A stretch of DNA of 58,787 nucleotides, from NCBI GenBank assembly GCA_049967655.1, contig JBMFSH010000016.1:1-58787 (forward strand). Reading direction: 5' to 3'. This DNA comes from Acidobacteriota bacterium (GTDB lineage Bacteria > Acidobacteriota > UBA4820 > DSQY01). The translations under genes and the position numbers were made by a program. A model generated the notes under the pieces. That model made no database searches. It was not told where the DNA came from and worked only from the letters and a program-made list of their open reading frames with translations. Below are positions 17,386-27,445 of this stretch, in pieces. Every line of letters starts with the position of its first letter. Within the stretch, counting starts at the first letter, position 1.

Positions 17386-19308
17386 GTGAACCAGCAGTTA
17401 CGGAATTTGATCCTCTGGGCCCTCATCTTCGTCGTTATAGCCGTCTCCATCGGACTCCTCAGAAAGGCCACGCTCAAGGAAACGGACCTCCCCTTCAGCA
17501 AGTTCGACCAGCTCGTTCAGCAAGGGCAGATCGTGAGTGCCGTCATCAAGGGCACGGCCGTGCACGGCGAGCTCAAGGAGCCCATCGACGGGGCCACCCA
17601 CTACACCACGAACCTCCCGCCCGACCTCCAGAACTACACCCCCCAGATGGTGGCCAAGGGCGTGGACGTGAAGTCGGTAGAGCCGAACTCCGGGCAGTAC
17701 GTTTTCGCCCTGGCCTACATCCTGCCCATCGTCCTGATGATCGGCTTCTGGATCTTCTTCATGCGACAGATGCAGTCCGGCGGGAACAAGGCCTTCAGCT
17801 TCGGCAAGTCCAAGGCCCGCATGGTCGGTGAAGCCAAGAACAAGATCACTTTCAAGGACGTGGCGGGCATCGAAGAGGTGAAGGAGGAGCTCTACGAGAT
17901 CATCGAGTTCTTGAAGGAGCCCCAGAAGTTCTCCAAGCTGGGCGGCAAGATCCCCAAGGGCGTTCTGCTCATGGGAGCGCCCGGAACGGGCAAGACCCTC
18001 CTCGCCAAGGCCATCGCCGGCGAGGCGGGAGTGCCATTCTTCTCCATCTCCGGATCCGAGTTCGTGGAGCTCTTCGTGGGCGTGGGCGCCAGCCGCGTGC
18101 GCGACATGTTCGAGCAGGCCAAGAAAAACTCCCCCTGCATCGTCTTCATCGACGAGATCGACGCCGTGGGGCGGAACCGGGGCATGGGCAACATCGGCGG
18201 CCACGAGGAGCGGGAGCAGACCCTCAACCAGCTGCTCGTGGAGATGGACGGCTTCGAGGCCAACGAGGGCGTCATCATCATCGCCGCCACCAACCGGCCC
18301 GACGTGCTCGACCAGGCCCTCCTGCGGCCGGGCCGCTTCGACCGGCGCATCGTGGTGCCGCGCCCCGACCTGCGCGGGCGCGAGGAGATCCTCGGGGTGC
18401 ACGTGCGGGGGCTCAAGGTCGCCGACGACGTGGATCTCTCCGTCGTGGCCCGCGGCACGCCGGGCTTCTCCGGCGCCGACCTGGCCAACCTCGCCAACGA
18501 GGCGGCGCTCCGGGCCGCTCGGCGAGGCGTCAAGGCCGTCGAGATGGAGGACTTCGAGTTCGCCAAGGACAAGGTCCTCATGGGGTCCGAGCGGCGCTCC
18601 ATGATCCTTTCCGAGGAGGACAAGAAGGTCGTGGCCACCCACGAGTCCGGACACGCCGTGGTGGCTTACAACCTCGCCGCCGCCGACCCCATCCACAAGG
18701 TCTCCATCGTGCCTCGCGGCATGGCCCTCGGCGTCACCCAGCAGCTCCCCATGGACGACAAGTACAACTACAGTAAGGAATACCTGGAGGCCGAGATCGC
18801 CGTCATGCTGGGCGGCCGGACGGCCGAGGAGCTGTTCCTGGGCTCCATCACCACCGGTGCCGGAAACGACTTCGAGAAGGCCACCGAGATGGCCTGGAAG
18901 ATGGTCACGGCCTGGGGCATGAGCGAGAAGCTCGGGCCGCTCTCGTACGTCTCCGACAAGGCCCAACTCATGCCCTTCTGGGAGACGGGGCCGCGCAACC
19001 AGTACTCGGAGCGCACCGCCCAGGAGATCGACGAGGAGGTCAAGCGGATCGTCCTGCAGGCCCAGCAGACCGCGCGCGATATTCTCACCCAGCACAAGCC
19101 CCAGATGGAACACCTCATCCGCGCCCTCCTGGACCGGGAGGTGCTGGATAAGGAGGAGTTCACGGCCATCATGAAGGGCGAGCCGCTCCCGGACCGCCCA
19201 GTGCCGCCGGCCGCGGGCGAAGCGGCCGCCTCCCCGGCGGCGCCCTCCTCGAGCGCGCCCGCGGTCTCCCCCTCGCCGAGTCTCTCGGGTCCCGTGGGCG
19301 GGGCCTGA
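17386..19308 (+). CDS. ftsH: ATP-dependent zinc metalloprotease FtsH
   Basis: Two TM segments; [30 protein letters not shown]. Confidence 0.98.
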   Translation: MNQQLRNLILWALIFVVIAVSIGLLRKATLKETDLPFSKFDQLVQQGQIVSAVIKGTAVHGELKEPIDGATHYTTNLPPDLQNYTPQMVAKGVDVKSVEPNSGQYVFALAYILPIVLMIGFWIFFMRQMQSGGNKAFSFGKSKARMVGEAKNKITFKDVAGIEEVKEELYEIIEFLKEPQKFSKLGGKIPKGVLLMGAPGTGKTLLAKAIAGEAGVPFFSISGSEFVELFVGVGASRVRDMFEQAKKNSPCIVFIDEIDAVGRNRGMGNIGGHEEREQTLNQLLVEMDGFEANEGVIIIAATNRPDVLDQALLRPGRFDRRIVVPRPDLRGREEILGVHVRGLKVADDVDLSVVARGTPGFSGADLANLANEAALRAARRGVKAVEMEDFEFAKDKVLMGSERRSMILSEEDKKVVATHESGHAVVAYNLAAADPIHKVSIVPRGMALGVTQQLPMDDKYNYSKEYLEAEIAVMLGGRTAEELFLGSITTGAGNDFEKATEMAWKMVTAWGMSEKLGPLSYVSDKAQLMPFWETGPRNQYSERTAQEIDEEVKRIVLQAQQTARDILTQHKPQMEHLIRALLDREVLDKEEFTAIMKGEPLPDRPVPPAAGEAAASPAAPSSSAPAVSPSPSLSGPVGGA

Positions 19309-19315
19309 GGGCTCC

Positions 19316-20524
19316 GTGGACGGGCGGGCTGAGGGGCATCCGGCCCCCGGCCAAAACGGGATCCTGTTCCTTCCCCTTCCCGGCACGGCGCGCCTGCATC
19401 CCCTCTTCGGCGTACGCGCCTTCGGCCTCTCGCCGCGCCAGGCGTCCGTGCTCGAAGAGGCGGGGAAGAGTGTGGCCTCCCTGGGCCCGCCTCTCTGGAT
19501 CGAAGCGCTCTCCTCGCCCGCGGGCGGCCTCACGATTCACGGCCCGCTCCACGTTTTTTTCCACCTCCTCGATTCGCTCGGCCAATGGGAGGAGATGGGC
19601 GAAGTGGCCTCGGCCCTGGCCGACACCCTGGACCGGAGCACCCGCCGGCCGACGCTGATGGTTCGCGGTCGTAACCTGTTCGAAAGGAGCCCCCACCTCC
19701 TTATGGGCGTGGTCAATGTGACCCCCGACTCCTTTTCCGACGGCGGAAGATTTTTGGCGCCCGAGGCGGCCGTGGCGCACGCGCTCCGCCTGGCCCAGGA
19801 GGGCGCCGACCTCCTGGACCTTGGCGCCGAATCGAGCCGCCCGGGTAGCGATCCCGTCCCCGCTGAGGAGGAGCTCCGGCGGCTGGTGCCTCCTCTTCGG
19901 GAGCTCCACCGCCTCCTGCCCGACCTGCCCATTTCGGTGGACACCACGAAAGCGGTCGTGGCTGAGGCGGCTCTGGAGGCCGGAGCGGACCTCGTGAACG
20001 ATATATCGGCGGGATGCCTCGATGCCTCCATGGTCCCCCTTTGCGCCCGGCGCCGGGTGCCGCTCATCCTCATGCACATGCGCGGCCTGCCCAAGACCAT
20101 GCAGGAGTCCCCCCACTATGATGACCCCGTGGCGGAGGTGACCCTCGAACTCCGGAAGAGGGTGCGGACGGCCGAGGCGGCGGGGCTGGGCGCGGGAACC
20201 CTGGTGGTGGACCCTGGATTCGGGTTCGCCAAGCGCCCCGAGGACAACCTGGCGCTCGTCGCGGAGCTGGAGGGGCTGCGGGCGCTCGGCTACCCGGTCC
20301 TGCTGGGCGCCTCCCGCAAGAGCACCATCGGCGCCCTCACGGGGGCCGACGCGGCCGACCGCCTGCCGGGCACGCTGGCCCTCCACACCGCCGCCCTGCT
20401 CCACGGGGCGAGCATCCTCCGCGTCCATGACGTGAAGGAGCACCGGCAGGCCCTCGCCTGTGCGGCGGCCTTGATGGGAAAGCGGTCCGAAGAACGGGCC
20501 GCACCCCATCGAGAGGGGCGATGA
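19316..20524 (+). CDS. folP: Dihydropteroate synthase with N-terminal extension
   Basis: MGVVNVTPDSFSDGG, GAESSRPG, DPGFGFAK, GASRKS, RVHDV. Confidence 0.93.
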   Translation: MDGRAEGHPAPGQNGILFLPLPGTARLHPLFGVRAFGLSPRQASVLEEAGKSVASLGPPLWIEALSSPAGGLTIHGPLHVFFHLLDSLGQWEEMGEVASALADTLDRSTRRPTLMVRGRNLFERSPHLLMGVVNVTPDSFSDGGRFLAPEAAVAHALRLAQEGADLLDLGAESSRPGSDPVPAEEELRRLVPPLRELHRLLPDLPISVDTTKAVVAEAALEAGADLVNDISAGCLDASMVPLCARRRVPLILMHMRGLPKTMQESPHYDDPVAEVTLELRKRVRTAEAAGLGAGTLVVDPGFGFAKRPEDNLALVAELEGLRALGYPVLLGASRKSTIGALTGADAADRLPGTLALHTAALLHGASILRVHDVKEHRQALACAAALMGKRSEERAAPHREGR

Positions 20525-20541
20525 AGAGCCTCATTTGAATC

Positions 20542-20690
20542 GGCGCGCTCAACGCCTTCGGCAGGGCCTCGGCCGGCCCCCCTCCGCGCTCCTCCTCGCT
20601 CCGCTCGTCCTCACTGCTCCCCCCTGCCCTCACGAAGGCAGCCCTCCGGATGGGGGACCTCCTCGTCCCCCAGACCCCCTCGTCTCGCCC
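20542..20690 (+). repeat. GC-rich palindromic element, homologous to the insert at 24569-24742 (reverse complement)
   Basis: Shared ordered blocks GGCGCGCTC, GGGCCTCGGYCGGCCC, CCTCGCTCCGCTCG, CTGCTCCYCCCTGCCCTC and a GGGGG..ACCTCCYCGT..CCCCC hairpin. Confidence 0.75.
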
Positions 20691-20711
20691 CTCCCCTCTG
20701 CGCCCTCCCGT

Positions 20712-21932
20712 TCAGCGCCTGGGAGGGAAGAGGGCAACGCCTTCGCACCTGGGCGGTGGCGCCATCCCCAGGAGGGCGCAGACGGTCGGGGCGATGTCGG
20801 TGGCGTGGACGTCGCCGAGGAGCTTGCCGGCGGGGATGCTGGGGCCCTCGGCGTAGAAGATGCCGTCCATCTGGGGAAGCTCCGAGGGTGGCCAGCCGTG
20901 CATGCCGCGGGGGAGTGACTTCTCCCCCTTGCGATTGAAGCTCGAAAAGTAGGCCCCCGGCGGGGCCACCAGGACGAAGTCGCCCTCCCGGCCGCTCTCC
21001 GCGTAGCCCCAGCGGGAGGGGAGAGTGCTCCGGGTGTAGACGCGCACATCGCCGGGCAGCCGGCTGAGCCCCGCCGCCACCTGCCGCCGCTGGGCCTCCG
21101 TCTTCACGTAGACGTTGCAGACCGGGCCGGAGGTGGCGATGTAGGGGTAGAAGCCGCGCTTGGGAATCACCTTCACCACGTCGATGACGCGGGAGACGGC
21201 GGCCATGCCGTGGTCGGAGACGATGATGAGGTCCACGGGAACCGCCGGACCGAGCGCGCGTATGCCCGCCCTCAGGTGCGCCAGGAAAGCGTCGGCGCGC
21301 CGCATGGCCGCGTGCACCGCGGGCCCGTCGGGCCCCTCCGCGTGGCCGGGGCCGTCGGCGCCGTGGGTCCAGGCCATGACAAGGCGAGGTCTCTGCCCCT
21401 GCGGTCTCCGGAGCAGACCCAGAATCCAGGCCGAGGTCCCCGCGTCCGAAGCACCCTCCTCGAAGGGCCTGTAGAAGCTCGCCTGGACGCCGCGCCACGG
21501 ACCCTTTGAAACGGGCCACCCCGACACGGCGGCGCCCAGGCCGGCCTCCTCGGCCAGGGCCCACAGGGGCGGCGCGAGGAGCCATCCGGCGTCGTCCGAG
21601 TCCGAGAAGCGCCGGCCCGCCTCGCGATCCAGAAAGCTGTTGGCGATGACGCCGTGGCGGCCCGGCAGGCACCCCGTGGCCAGGGTCGAGTGGCTGGCGA
21701 AGGTGAGGGAGGGGAAGGGAGGAATCAGCCGCGCGGCGCTCGCGCCGTCCCTGGCCATGGCGGCAAAGGCGCTCAGGTGGTCCCTCTCCGGGTAGTCCCA
21801 GCGCACCCCGTCCATGGAGATCAGGACCACCGTGGGCCGGAGCGTCGGCGCCGCCGCCCGCATCGCCAGCAGCCCCGCCAGGAGCAGGGCCAGGGCGCCC
21901 AGGGCCGCGAGCAGGCATCGAGATCGCCGCAT
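20712..21932 (-). CDS. Exported nucleotide pyrophosphatase/phosphodiesterase (alkaline phosphatase superfamily)
   Basis: LISMDGVRWDY, PFPSLTFASHSTLATG, DGPGH, IIVSDHGM, GMHGW; TAATG overlap with the upstream gene. Confidence 0.9.
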   Translation of the reverse strand: MRRSRCLLAALGALALLLAGLLAMRAAAPTLRPTVVLISMDGVRWDYPERDHLSAFAAMARDGASAARLIPPFPSLTFASHSTLATGCLPGRHGVIANSFLDREAGRRFSDSDDAGWLLAPPLWALAEEAGLGAAVSGWPVSKGPWRGVQASFYRPFEEGASDAGTSAWILGLLRRPQGQRPRLVMAWTHGADGPGHAEGPDGPAVHAAMRRADAFLAHLRAGIRALGPAVPVDLIIVSDHGMAAVSRVIDVVKVIPKRGFYPYIATSGPVCNVYVKTEAQRRQVAAGLSRLPGDVRVYTRSTLPSRWGYAESGREGDFVLVAPPGAYFSSFNRKGEKSLPRGMHGWPPSELPQMDGIFYAEGPSIPAGKLLGDVHATDIAPTVCALLGMAPPPRCEGVALFPPRR

Positions 21933-24562
21933 TACGCCTCCTCCAAGGCCCGGCGCGACGCCTCCAGCGCGAAGGCCAGCTCCTCGCTCCGGCTCTGCAC
22001 CCGGCCCTCGGCCTTGGCGGCGCGGGTCTCCTCCAGGGCACGGGAGATGGCCGGGGAGGGGGGAATGCCCGCGCGGATCAGATCGTGGCCCGAGATGGCC
22101 AGCTTCAGGAAGCGGTCCTTGACCAGAAAGTCCCGCACCCGGGCCTGCCGCGACGGCGGCTGAATCTTGGCGAGCAGGAAGAGCACCCATGGGAGAGGTT
22201 GCCCCTTCAGGACCTTGTAGGCACGGCCTCTTCCGCAGTCCTCCTCGGAGGTGAGCACCCGGATGGCGTGCCAGGTGAGGGAACGGTAGCGGGCGAGCGC
22301 GTCCCGGGTCTGCTGCGAGAAGGGGTAGTGGTCCCGGAAGGCGGCCAGTTCCGCGTTCGACAGCCGCTCCGTGAGCGCCATCAGGTAGACGCAGGGCCGG
22401 TCCACGGGCTCGTCTGGGAACTGCGTGTCGAAGAAACCGAGGGTCTGCTGGACGCGGTAGAGCGTCTCCAGCACCTTGGGGGTGAGCTTGAGGGCGGGCC
22501 AAAAGACCTCCAGCAGACCGTAGGTTTCCATGGCTTTGAGCCCCTCCACGGCGTTGGGGCCCGCCAGGAGCTGCTGGACCTCGGCGAGCACCCGCTTGGG
22601 GGAGAGGTGGCGGAAGAGATGCTGCTTGCGCGTGGCCTCGATGAGCTGCTCCGTCTCGGCCGGCAACGTGAAGCCAAGGCGGACGGAGAATCGGACGGCC
22701 CGGAAGGCGCGGGTGGGGTCTTCCACAAAAGAGAGGCCGTGGAGCACCCGGATACGCCCAGCCTTCAAGTCCCGGACACCGCCGAAGAGGTCCAGTATCT
22801 CCCCGAATCGGTCCGGGGACAGGTAGAGGGCGAGCGTGTTGATGGTGAAGTCGCGCCGATAGAGGTCCTGGTAGAGCGCCGCGTGGGCCACCGTGGGCAG
22901 GGCCGCCGGCGTCTCGTAGTATTCGGCTCGCGCCGTGGCGAAATCCCAGTGGCCCCCGCCCGGGCGGATCCAGAGGGCCGTGCCGAAGGCGCGGTGGGCC
23001 CTGATCCGTCCGCCCTCCCGCCGGGCCCACGCTTCGGCCAGCTCCACGGCGTCCCCTTCGACGACGAAGTCCACGTCCTGCACGGGCCGACCCAGGAGGA
23101 GGTCCCTCACGGCGCCGCCCACGAGCAGGCAGGGAGTGCCCGCGGCCTCCGCCAGGGCACCCAGGGACTTCAGCCTTCCGAGCTCCTCGGGCGGGAAGGC
23201 TGCGCGCATGAGATGGCTGACCTCCTTGGCCGACGGTTGGCCTCCCGGCCGATGGACCATGAGCGTCTTGTCTTGGTGGTAGAGGGATTTGAAGAGGCTC
23301 ATGCGGGAGACGAGCCCCTCCACGTGGTCCAGGTCGCGCCCGAACAGGGCGATGCGCCAGTTGTTCTCCAGCATGAGCCGGCGGACCTCCTCCGCCGCCA
23401 CCTCGGGTGGAAAGAAGGGCGGGGGCGAAATCAGGAAGTCCGAGACGGGCCTCTCCGCCAGGCCGTGCTGGATGGCCCCGTCCACCTCCTGCCGCGTCAC
23501 GACCCCCACGAGCCTGCCCTCCTTGAGGACCGGCAGGGCGTTGACCCGATGGCGGTTCATCTCGCGGAAGGCCTCGCGCGTGGTCGCCGTGGCCTCCAAC
23601 CGGTGATACTCCCGGGTCATGATGTCGCTCGCCCTCAGGCCCACGGGATGGACAAAGGTCAGCTCATCCAGGAGCAGTGCCCTCACCTCCGCGGGCGTCT
23701 TGTCCCTGATCACGGCGGAGGCCGCGGAGGGGTGTCCGCCTCCGCCGAAGACCGACAGGACCTGGGCGGCATTCACGTGCGGTGTCTTGGAGCGCGCGAT
23801 GATGTGCACCCGGTTTTCCAGGTAGGCCAGCAGGAAAAGGGCCTGCATCCCCTCCATGGCCAAAATCTCGTGGACGAGGACCGACAGGTCGGGGACGTAG
23901 TCCTCCAGGGCCAGGGTGGTCAGGTGCACCGTGACTCCCCCCACAGCTACCGACTCCAGGTGCTCAAACATGGCCGCCAGGAGGCGCATCTGTGCCTCCG
24001 TAAACCCCCGGTGCAGGGTCTGCTGGACGGCGCCGAGGTCGCCTCCCCATTCCAGGCATTGCAGGACGGCCTTGAAATCCGAAGGGCGCGTGGTGGGAAA
24101 GGAGAGGAAACCCGTGTCCTCGTAAATGGCCAGCAGAAAGAGGGTCGCCTCGAAGGGGGTCGGTTCGACCGAAGCCTCCAGGAGGCACTTCACCATGACC
24201 GTGGTGCAGGCCCCCGCCTCCTCCACCACGTGCCGCTCCCCCTTCAGGTCTCCGGCCCCGGGATGGTGGTCGAAGACCTCCGTGGGGGTGGGCGGGGTCC
24301 GCCGGAGCAGATCCACGAGCGGCCCCAGCCGTTCGCCGGATGAGACGTCCACGCAGACCAGCCGCTCCACCTGGTCATGGTCCAGCCCCTTCAGCGGCTG
24401 GATCTCGGGGAGCCGGTCCCGGTTCTCCTCCAGCCAGCGGCGGACCAGCGGCTCCGCCGCACCCGAGAAGACGAGCCGCGCCCCCGGATACAGCAGGGAC
24501 GCCGCCACCATCGAGGCGAGGGCATCGAAATCCGCGTTCGTGTGCGTCGTGATCACGATCAT
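21932..24562 (-). CDS. tRNA nucleotidyltransferase with DHH-DHHA1 and CBS domains (A-adding/CCA-adding type)
   Basis: THTNADFDA, DHH, YEDTG, GGGGHPSAAS, CBS pair, VGGAVRDLLL..DVD, DLYRRDFTIN, EDPTR. Confidence 0.93.
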   Translation of the reverse strand: MIVITTHTNADFDALASMVAASLLYPGARLVFSGAAEPLVRRWLEENRDRLPEIQPLKGLDHDQVERLVCVDVSSGERLGPLVDLLRRTPPTPTEVFDHHPGAGDLKGERHVVEEAGACTTVMVKCLLEASVEPTPFEATLFLLAIYEDTGFLSFPTTRPSDFKAVLQCLEWGGDLGAVQQTLHRGFTEAQMRLLAAMFEHLESVAVGGVTVHLTTLALEDYVPDLSVLVHEILAMEGMQALFLLAYLENRVHIIARSKTPHVNAAQVLSVFGGGGHPSAASAVIRDKTPAEVRALLLDELTFVHPVGLRASDIMTREYHRLEATATTREAFREMNRHRVNALPVLKEGRLVGVVTRQEVDGAIQHGLAERPVSDFLISPPPFFPPEVAAEEVRRLMLENNWRIALFGRDLDHVEGLVSRMSLFKSLYHQDKTLMVHRPGGQPSAKEVSHLMRAAFPPEELGRLKSLGALAEAAGTPCLLVGGAVRDLLLGRPVQDVDFVVEGDAVELAEAWARREGGRIRAHRAFGTALWIRPGGGHWDFATARAEYYETPAALPTVAHAALYQDLYRRDFTINTLALYLSPDRFGEILDLFGGVRDLKAGRIRVLHGLSFVEDPTRAFRAVRFSVRLGFTLPAETEQLIEATRKQHLFRHLSPKRVLAEVQQLLAGPNAVEGLKAMETYGLLEVFWPALKLTPKVLETLYRVQQTLGFFDTQFPDEPVDRPCVYLMALTERLSNAELAAFRDHYPFSQQTRDALARYRSLTWHAIRVLTSEEDCGRGRAYKVLKGQPLPWVLFLLAKIQPPSRQARVRDFLVKDRFLKLAISGHDLIRAGIPPSPAISRALEETRAAKAEGRVQSRSEELAFALEASRRALEEA

Positions 24563-24813
24563 GGCGCCCCTCGTTCAAGCCACGGTGGCGGCGCGGCGAA
24601 GGGGTGCGGGGGAACGGGGAGGTTCCCCCGCGGCGAAGGGCGCCTTTCGCGAGGGCAGGGAGGAGCAGCGGCGCCGAGCGGAGCGAGGCGGAGCGCCGAG
24701 GAGGGCCGACCGAGGCCCGCCTCGGGGAGCGCGCCCCCGCGCGACGCCGCCACCATCGAGGCGAGGGCATCGAAATCCGCGTTCGTGTGCGTCGTGATCA
24801 CGATCATGGCGCC
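24498..24813. repeat. Perfect 71-bp direct repeat (24498-24568 and 24743-24813) of the nucleotidyltransferase gene start, flanking a 174-bp palindromic element
   Basis: Both copies read GACGCCGCCACCATCGAGGCG...GATCACGATCATGGCGCC. Confidence 0.92.
24559..24807 (-). CDS. Leader ORF (82 aa): first 22 residues duplicate the downstream enzyme's N-terminus; stop overlaps its ATG
   Basis: MIVITTHTNADFDALASMVAAS then element-derived codons; ATGA overlap at 24559-24562; TGcTAGACT 6 nt upstream of its ATG. Confidence 0.5.
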   Translation of the reverse strand: MIVITTHTNADFDALASMVAASRGGALPEAGLGRPSSALRLAPLGAAAPPCPRERRPSPRGNLPVPPHPFAAPPPWLERGAP

Positions 24814-24857
24814 AGTCTAGCAACAGCGCCTGGAATTCACCACAGCGACCCCGCCGC

Positions 24858-24878
24858 TACTTTTTACTTTTTACTTTC
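24858..24878. repeat. Three tandem TACTTTT heptamers just downstream of the hisC stop
   Basis: TACTTTT TACTTTT TACTTTC. Confidence 0.6.
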
Positions 24879-24880
24879 GA

Positions 24881-25981
24881 TCAGCGCCCCAGGACCTTCT
24901 TGGCGGCCTCCAGGAAGCGTTCATTGCCGTAATGGTGGAAGACGGAAACCCTCAGGGAGTTGGGATAGCCGTTGTTCGCCATGGGCCGGATGATGACCCC
25001 CTCCCTCAACATGGCCTGAAAGAACTGCTCGCCGGGCATGGGCACGTCGATGAGAACGAAGTTGGCCTGCGAGGGGACGACGGGGATCCCCGCGTCCTGG
25101 CAGCCCTGCGTGAGGTAGGGCCTCTCCACGGCGTTGAGCGCCACCCCCTTGGCCACGAATTCCTGGTCCTCCAGGGCCGCCATGGCCGCCACCTGGGCCA
25201 CCGAGCTGGTGTTGAAGGGTGAGCGGACCTTGTGGAGCGTGGCGATCACCTCTGCGTGGGCGAAGCCGTAGCCCACGCGCAGCCCTGCCAGGCCGTAGGC
25301 CTTGCTGAAGGTTCCCAGGACCATCAGGTTGGGGAAGCGGGCCAGGAGGGGCTGGACGGTGGCGTAGTCGGGGGCGTCGGCGTACTCCTTGTAGGCCTCG
25401 TCCACGATTACAAGGACGTAGCCCGGGACCCGTTCGAGAAAAGCTTCGAGCTCCGTAAAGGAGGTGTAACGGCCCGTGGGGTTGATGGGGTTGTCCAGGA
25501 TGATGAGCCGGGTGTTCTCGTCCACCGCATCCAAGAGCGCATCGAGATCGTGGTTGCGCTCCCGCATGGGCACGGCCTTGATGGGAGCGTCCATGATCTG
25601 ACAGGCGATGGGGTAGAGGGCGAAGGAGCCGAAGCTGAAGACGGCATTGGCCTGCCGGTTCAGGTAGGCCCGGGCGGACATCTCCACGATTTCCACCGAG
25701 CCATTGCCCAGGATGACCTGCTGGGCGGGGACCCCGTAGTGCCGACCAAGGGCCTGGCAGAGGTAGAAGCCGCTGCCCTCGGGGTAGATGTGGAGCTCGC
25801 CGAGCATGTTCCGGACGGCCTCCACGGCCTTCGGCGAGGGACCCAGCGGGTTCTCGTTGGAGGCCATCTTGAGGCTGCTCGTAATGCCCAGCTCGCGCTC
25901 CACCTCCTGGGTCGGCTTGCCGGGAACGTAGGGACTGATCTTCCGGATGTTGTGCGGAACGGGTACCTGCATGTCCATCAT
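24881..25981 (-). CDS. hisC: Histidinol-phosphate aminotransferase
   Basis: PYVPGKP, KMASNENPLGPS, NPINPTG, DEAY, TFSKAYGLAGLRVGY. Confidence 0.93.
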   Translation of the reverse strand: MMDMQVPVPHNIRKISPYVPGKPTQEVERELGITSSLKMASNENPLGPSPKAVEAVRNMLGELHIYPEGSGFYLCQALGRHYGVPAQQVILGNGSVEIVEMSARAYLNRQANAVFSFGSFALYPIACQIMDAPIKAVPMRERNHDLDALLDAVDENTRLIILDNPINPTGRYTSFTELEAFLERVPGYVLVIVDEAYKEYADAPDYATVQPLLARFPNLMVLGTFSKAYGLAGLRVGYGFAHAEVIATLHKVRSPFNTSSVAQVAAMAALEDQEFVAKGVALNAVERPYLTQGCQDAGIPVVPSQANFVLIDVPMPGEQFFQAMLREGVIIRPMANNGYPNSLRVSVFHHYGNERFLEAAKKVLGR

Positions 25982-26751
25982 CTCCTCCGGGGAGCCTTTT
26001 CCTTCTCCGCCGCCAGGTGCGCGTGGGCCTTCAGCGCCTCCACCTCTTCGGGCAGGAGGGGACGCACCTCGCCCGGCTTCATCTTGCCCAGGCGGACGGG
26101 GCCCATGGCCACGCGCTTGAGCTTGATCACCGGGTGGTCGATGCGGAAAAACATCTCGCGCAGCTGGTTCTTGCGCCCCTCCGTCATCTCGATCTGAAGC
26201 CAGGTGTGGCGGGTCTCGCGCGAGGGAATCCGCCGGATGGTCACCGGCAGCGTCCTCCTCCCCTCCAGCACGATCCCGCGGCGCAGCCTGTCGAGCGCCT
26301 CCGCGGCCGGATCCCCCTTGACCTTGACCTGGTAAGTCTTGAGCACCTTGTACCTCGGATGGAGCAGCCGGTTGGCCAGCTCCCCGTCGGTGGTAAGCAG
26401 CAGCAGGCCCTCGCTGTGGTAGTCCAACCGCCCCACCGGGAAGAGCCCTTGCACTCCCTTGGGAAGGAAGGCGGTCAAACAGGGCCTCCCCTTCTCGTCG
26501 GAGAGGGTACTGACGATCTCCTTCGGTTTGTAGAGCGCGAAATAGCGCGCCTGCTCCTGGAGCCGAACCCGCTTGCCCTCCAGCTTGACGGAGTCCCGCC
26601 CGGGATCGACGAGGGTGGCCAGCTCGGTGACCACCTCCCCGTTCACCGTGATGCGGCCCTCCAGGATCAGGGCCTCGGAACCCCTCCGGGAGGCAACACC
26701 GGCTCGGGCCAGAAAGAGGTTCAGGCGGAGGAGCGATCCTTTCTCAGTCAT
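25978..26751 (-). CDS. rluB: rRNA pseudouridine synthase (RluB/RsuA family)
   Basis: S4 domain RLNLFLARAGVASRR, VGRLDYHSEGLLLLTTDG, EGRKNQLR. Confidence 0.9.
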   Translation of the reverse strand: MTEKGSLLRLNLFLARAGVASRRGSEALILEGRITVNGEVVTELATLVDPGRDSVKLEGKRVRLQEQARYFALYKPKEIVSTLSDEKGRPCLTAFLPKGVQGLFPVGRLDYHSEGLLLLTTDGELANRLLHPRYKVLKTYQVKVKGDPAAEALDRLRRGIVLEGRRTLPVTIRRIPSRETRHTWLQIEMTEGRKNQLREMFFRIDHPVIKLKRVAMGPVRLGKMKPGEVRPLLPEEVEALKAHAHLAAEKEKAPRRR

Positions 26752-27445
26752 GGGCGGGCTCCTTTTCCATCGGAGGCCCCTCGGCCTCCCGTTCCGCCGG
26801 GACCGCCTCCCGTGGCACAACGGGCGGCTCGACGGCCCTGGGGAAGGGTTTGGCCTGGTCTCCCGCGGGGGACTCTACCTCGCGGAAGAGGCTCTCCTGC
26901 CGGACCCCCTCCCGGAACACCTCCTCCAGCTCCCGGAAGGAGGGCAGGTCCTCCAAGGAGTTCAGCCCGAAGTGGATGAGAAACTCCTTGGTGGTGGCGT
27001 AAAGCAGTGGGCGGCCCACCACGTTTTTCCGGCCGGCGATGCGGACCAGCTTTTTCTCCAGGAGCCCCTTCAGGACGGGCCCGCACTCCGTGCCCCGGAT
27101 GGCGCCCACCTCCGCCGCCGTGATGGGCTGCTTGTAAGCCACGATGGCAAGGCTCTCCACGGCCGCCGGACTCAGCTTCCGCAGGTTCTGCGCCTTCAGG
27201 AAGGCCCTCACGAAGGGGGCGTGCTCGGGCCTCGTAACCAGGCGGAATCCCTCGGCCACTCTCTCCACGCGGAGGCCCACCGACCGCTCCTCGTAGCCGT
27301 CTTGCAGCGTCTTCAGCAGACTCAGCGCCTCGGGAGGGGTCACCTCTCCATCGAGGGCGCTCACCACATCCTGCACCGTGACTGGAACCGAGGCGACGAA
27401 GAGGATGGCCTCAACGGCCCCCAACCGATCCGTTTCCCGCATCAT
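26744..27445 (-). CDS. scpB: SMC-Scp complex subunit ScpB
   Basis: LSPAAVESLAIVAYKQPIT..IRG, GRPLLYATTKEFLIHFGL..L.DLP. Confidence 0.93.
   Translation of the reverse strand: MMRETDRLGAVEAILFVASVPVTVQDVVSALDGEVTPPEALSLLKTLQDGYEERSVGLRVERVAEGFRLVTRPEHAPFVRAFLKAQNLRKLSPAAVESLAIVAYKQPITAAEVGAIRGTECGPVLKGLLEKKLVRIAGRKNVVGRPLLYATTKEFLIHFGLNSLEDLPSFRELEEVFREGVRQESLFREVESPAGDQAKPFPRAVEPPVVPREAVPAEREAEGPPMEKEPAHD

Noticed and set aside
19316..19680. folP N-terminal extension as a novel domain
   Set aside because: Similar-length extensions occur in FolP of several bacterial groups; nothing distinctive seen
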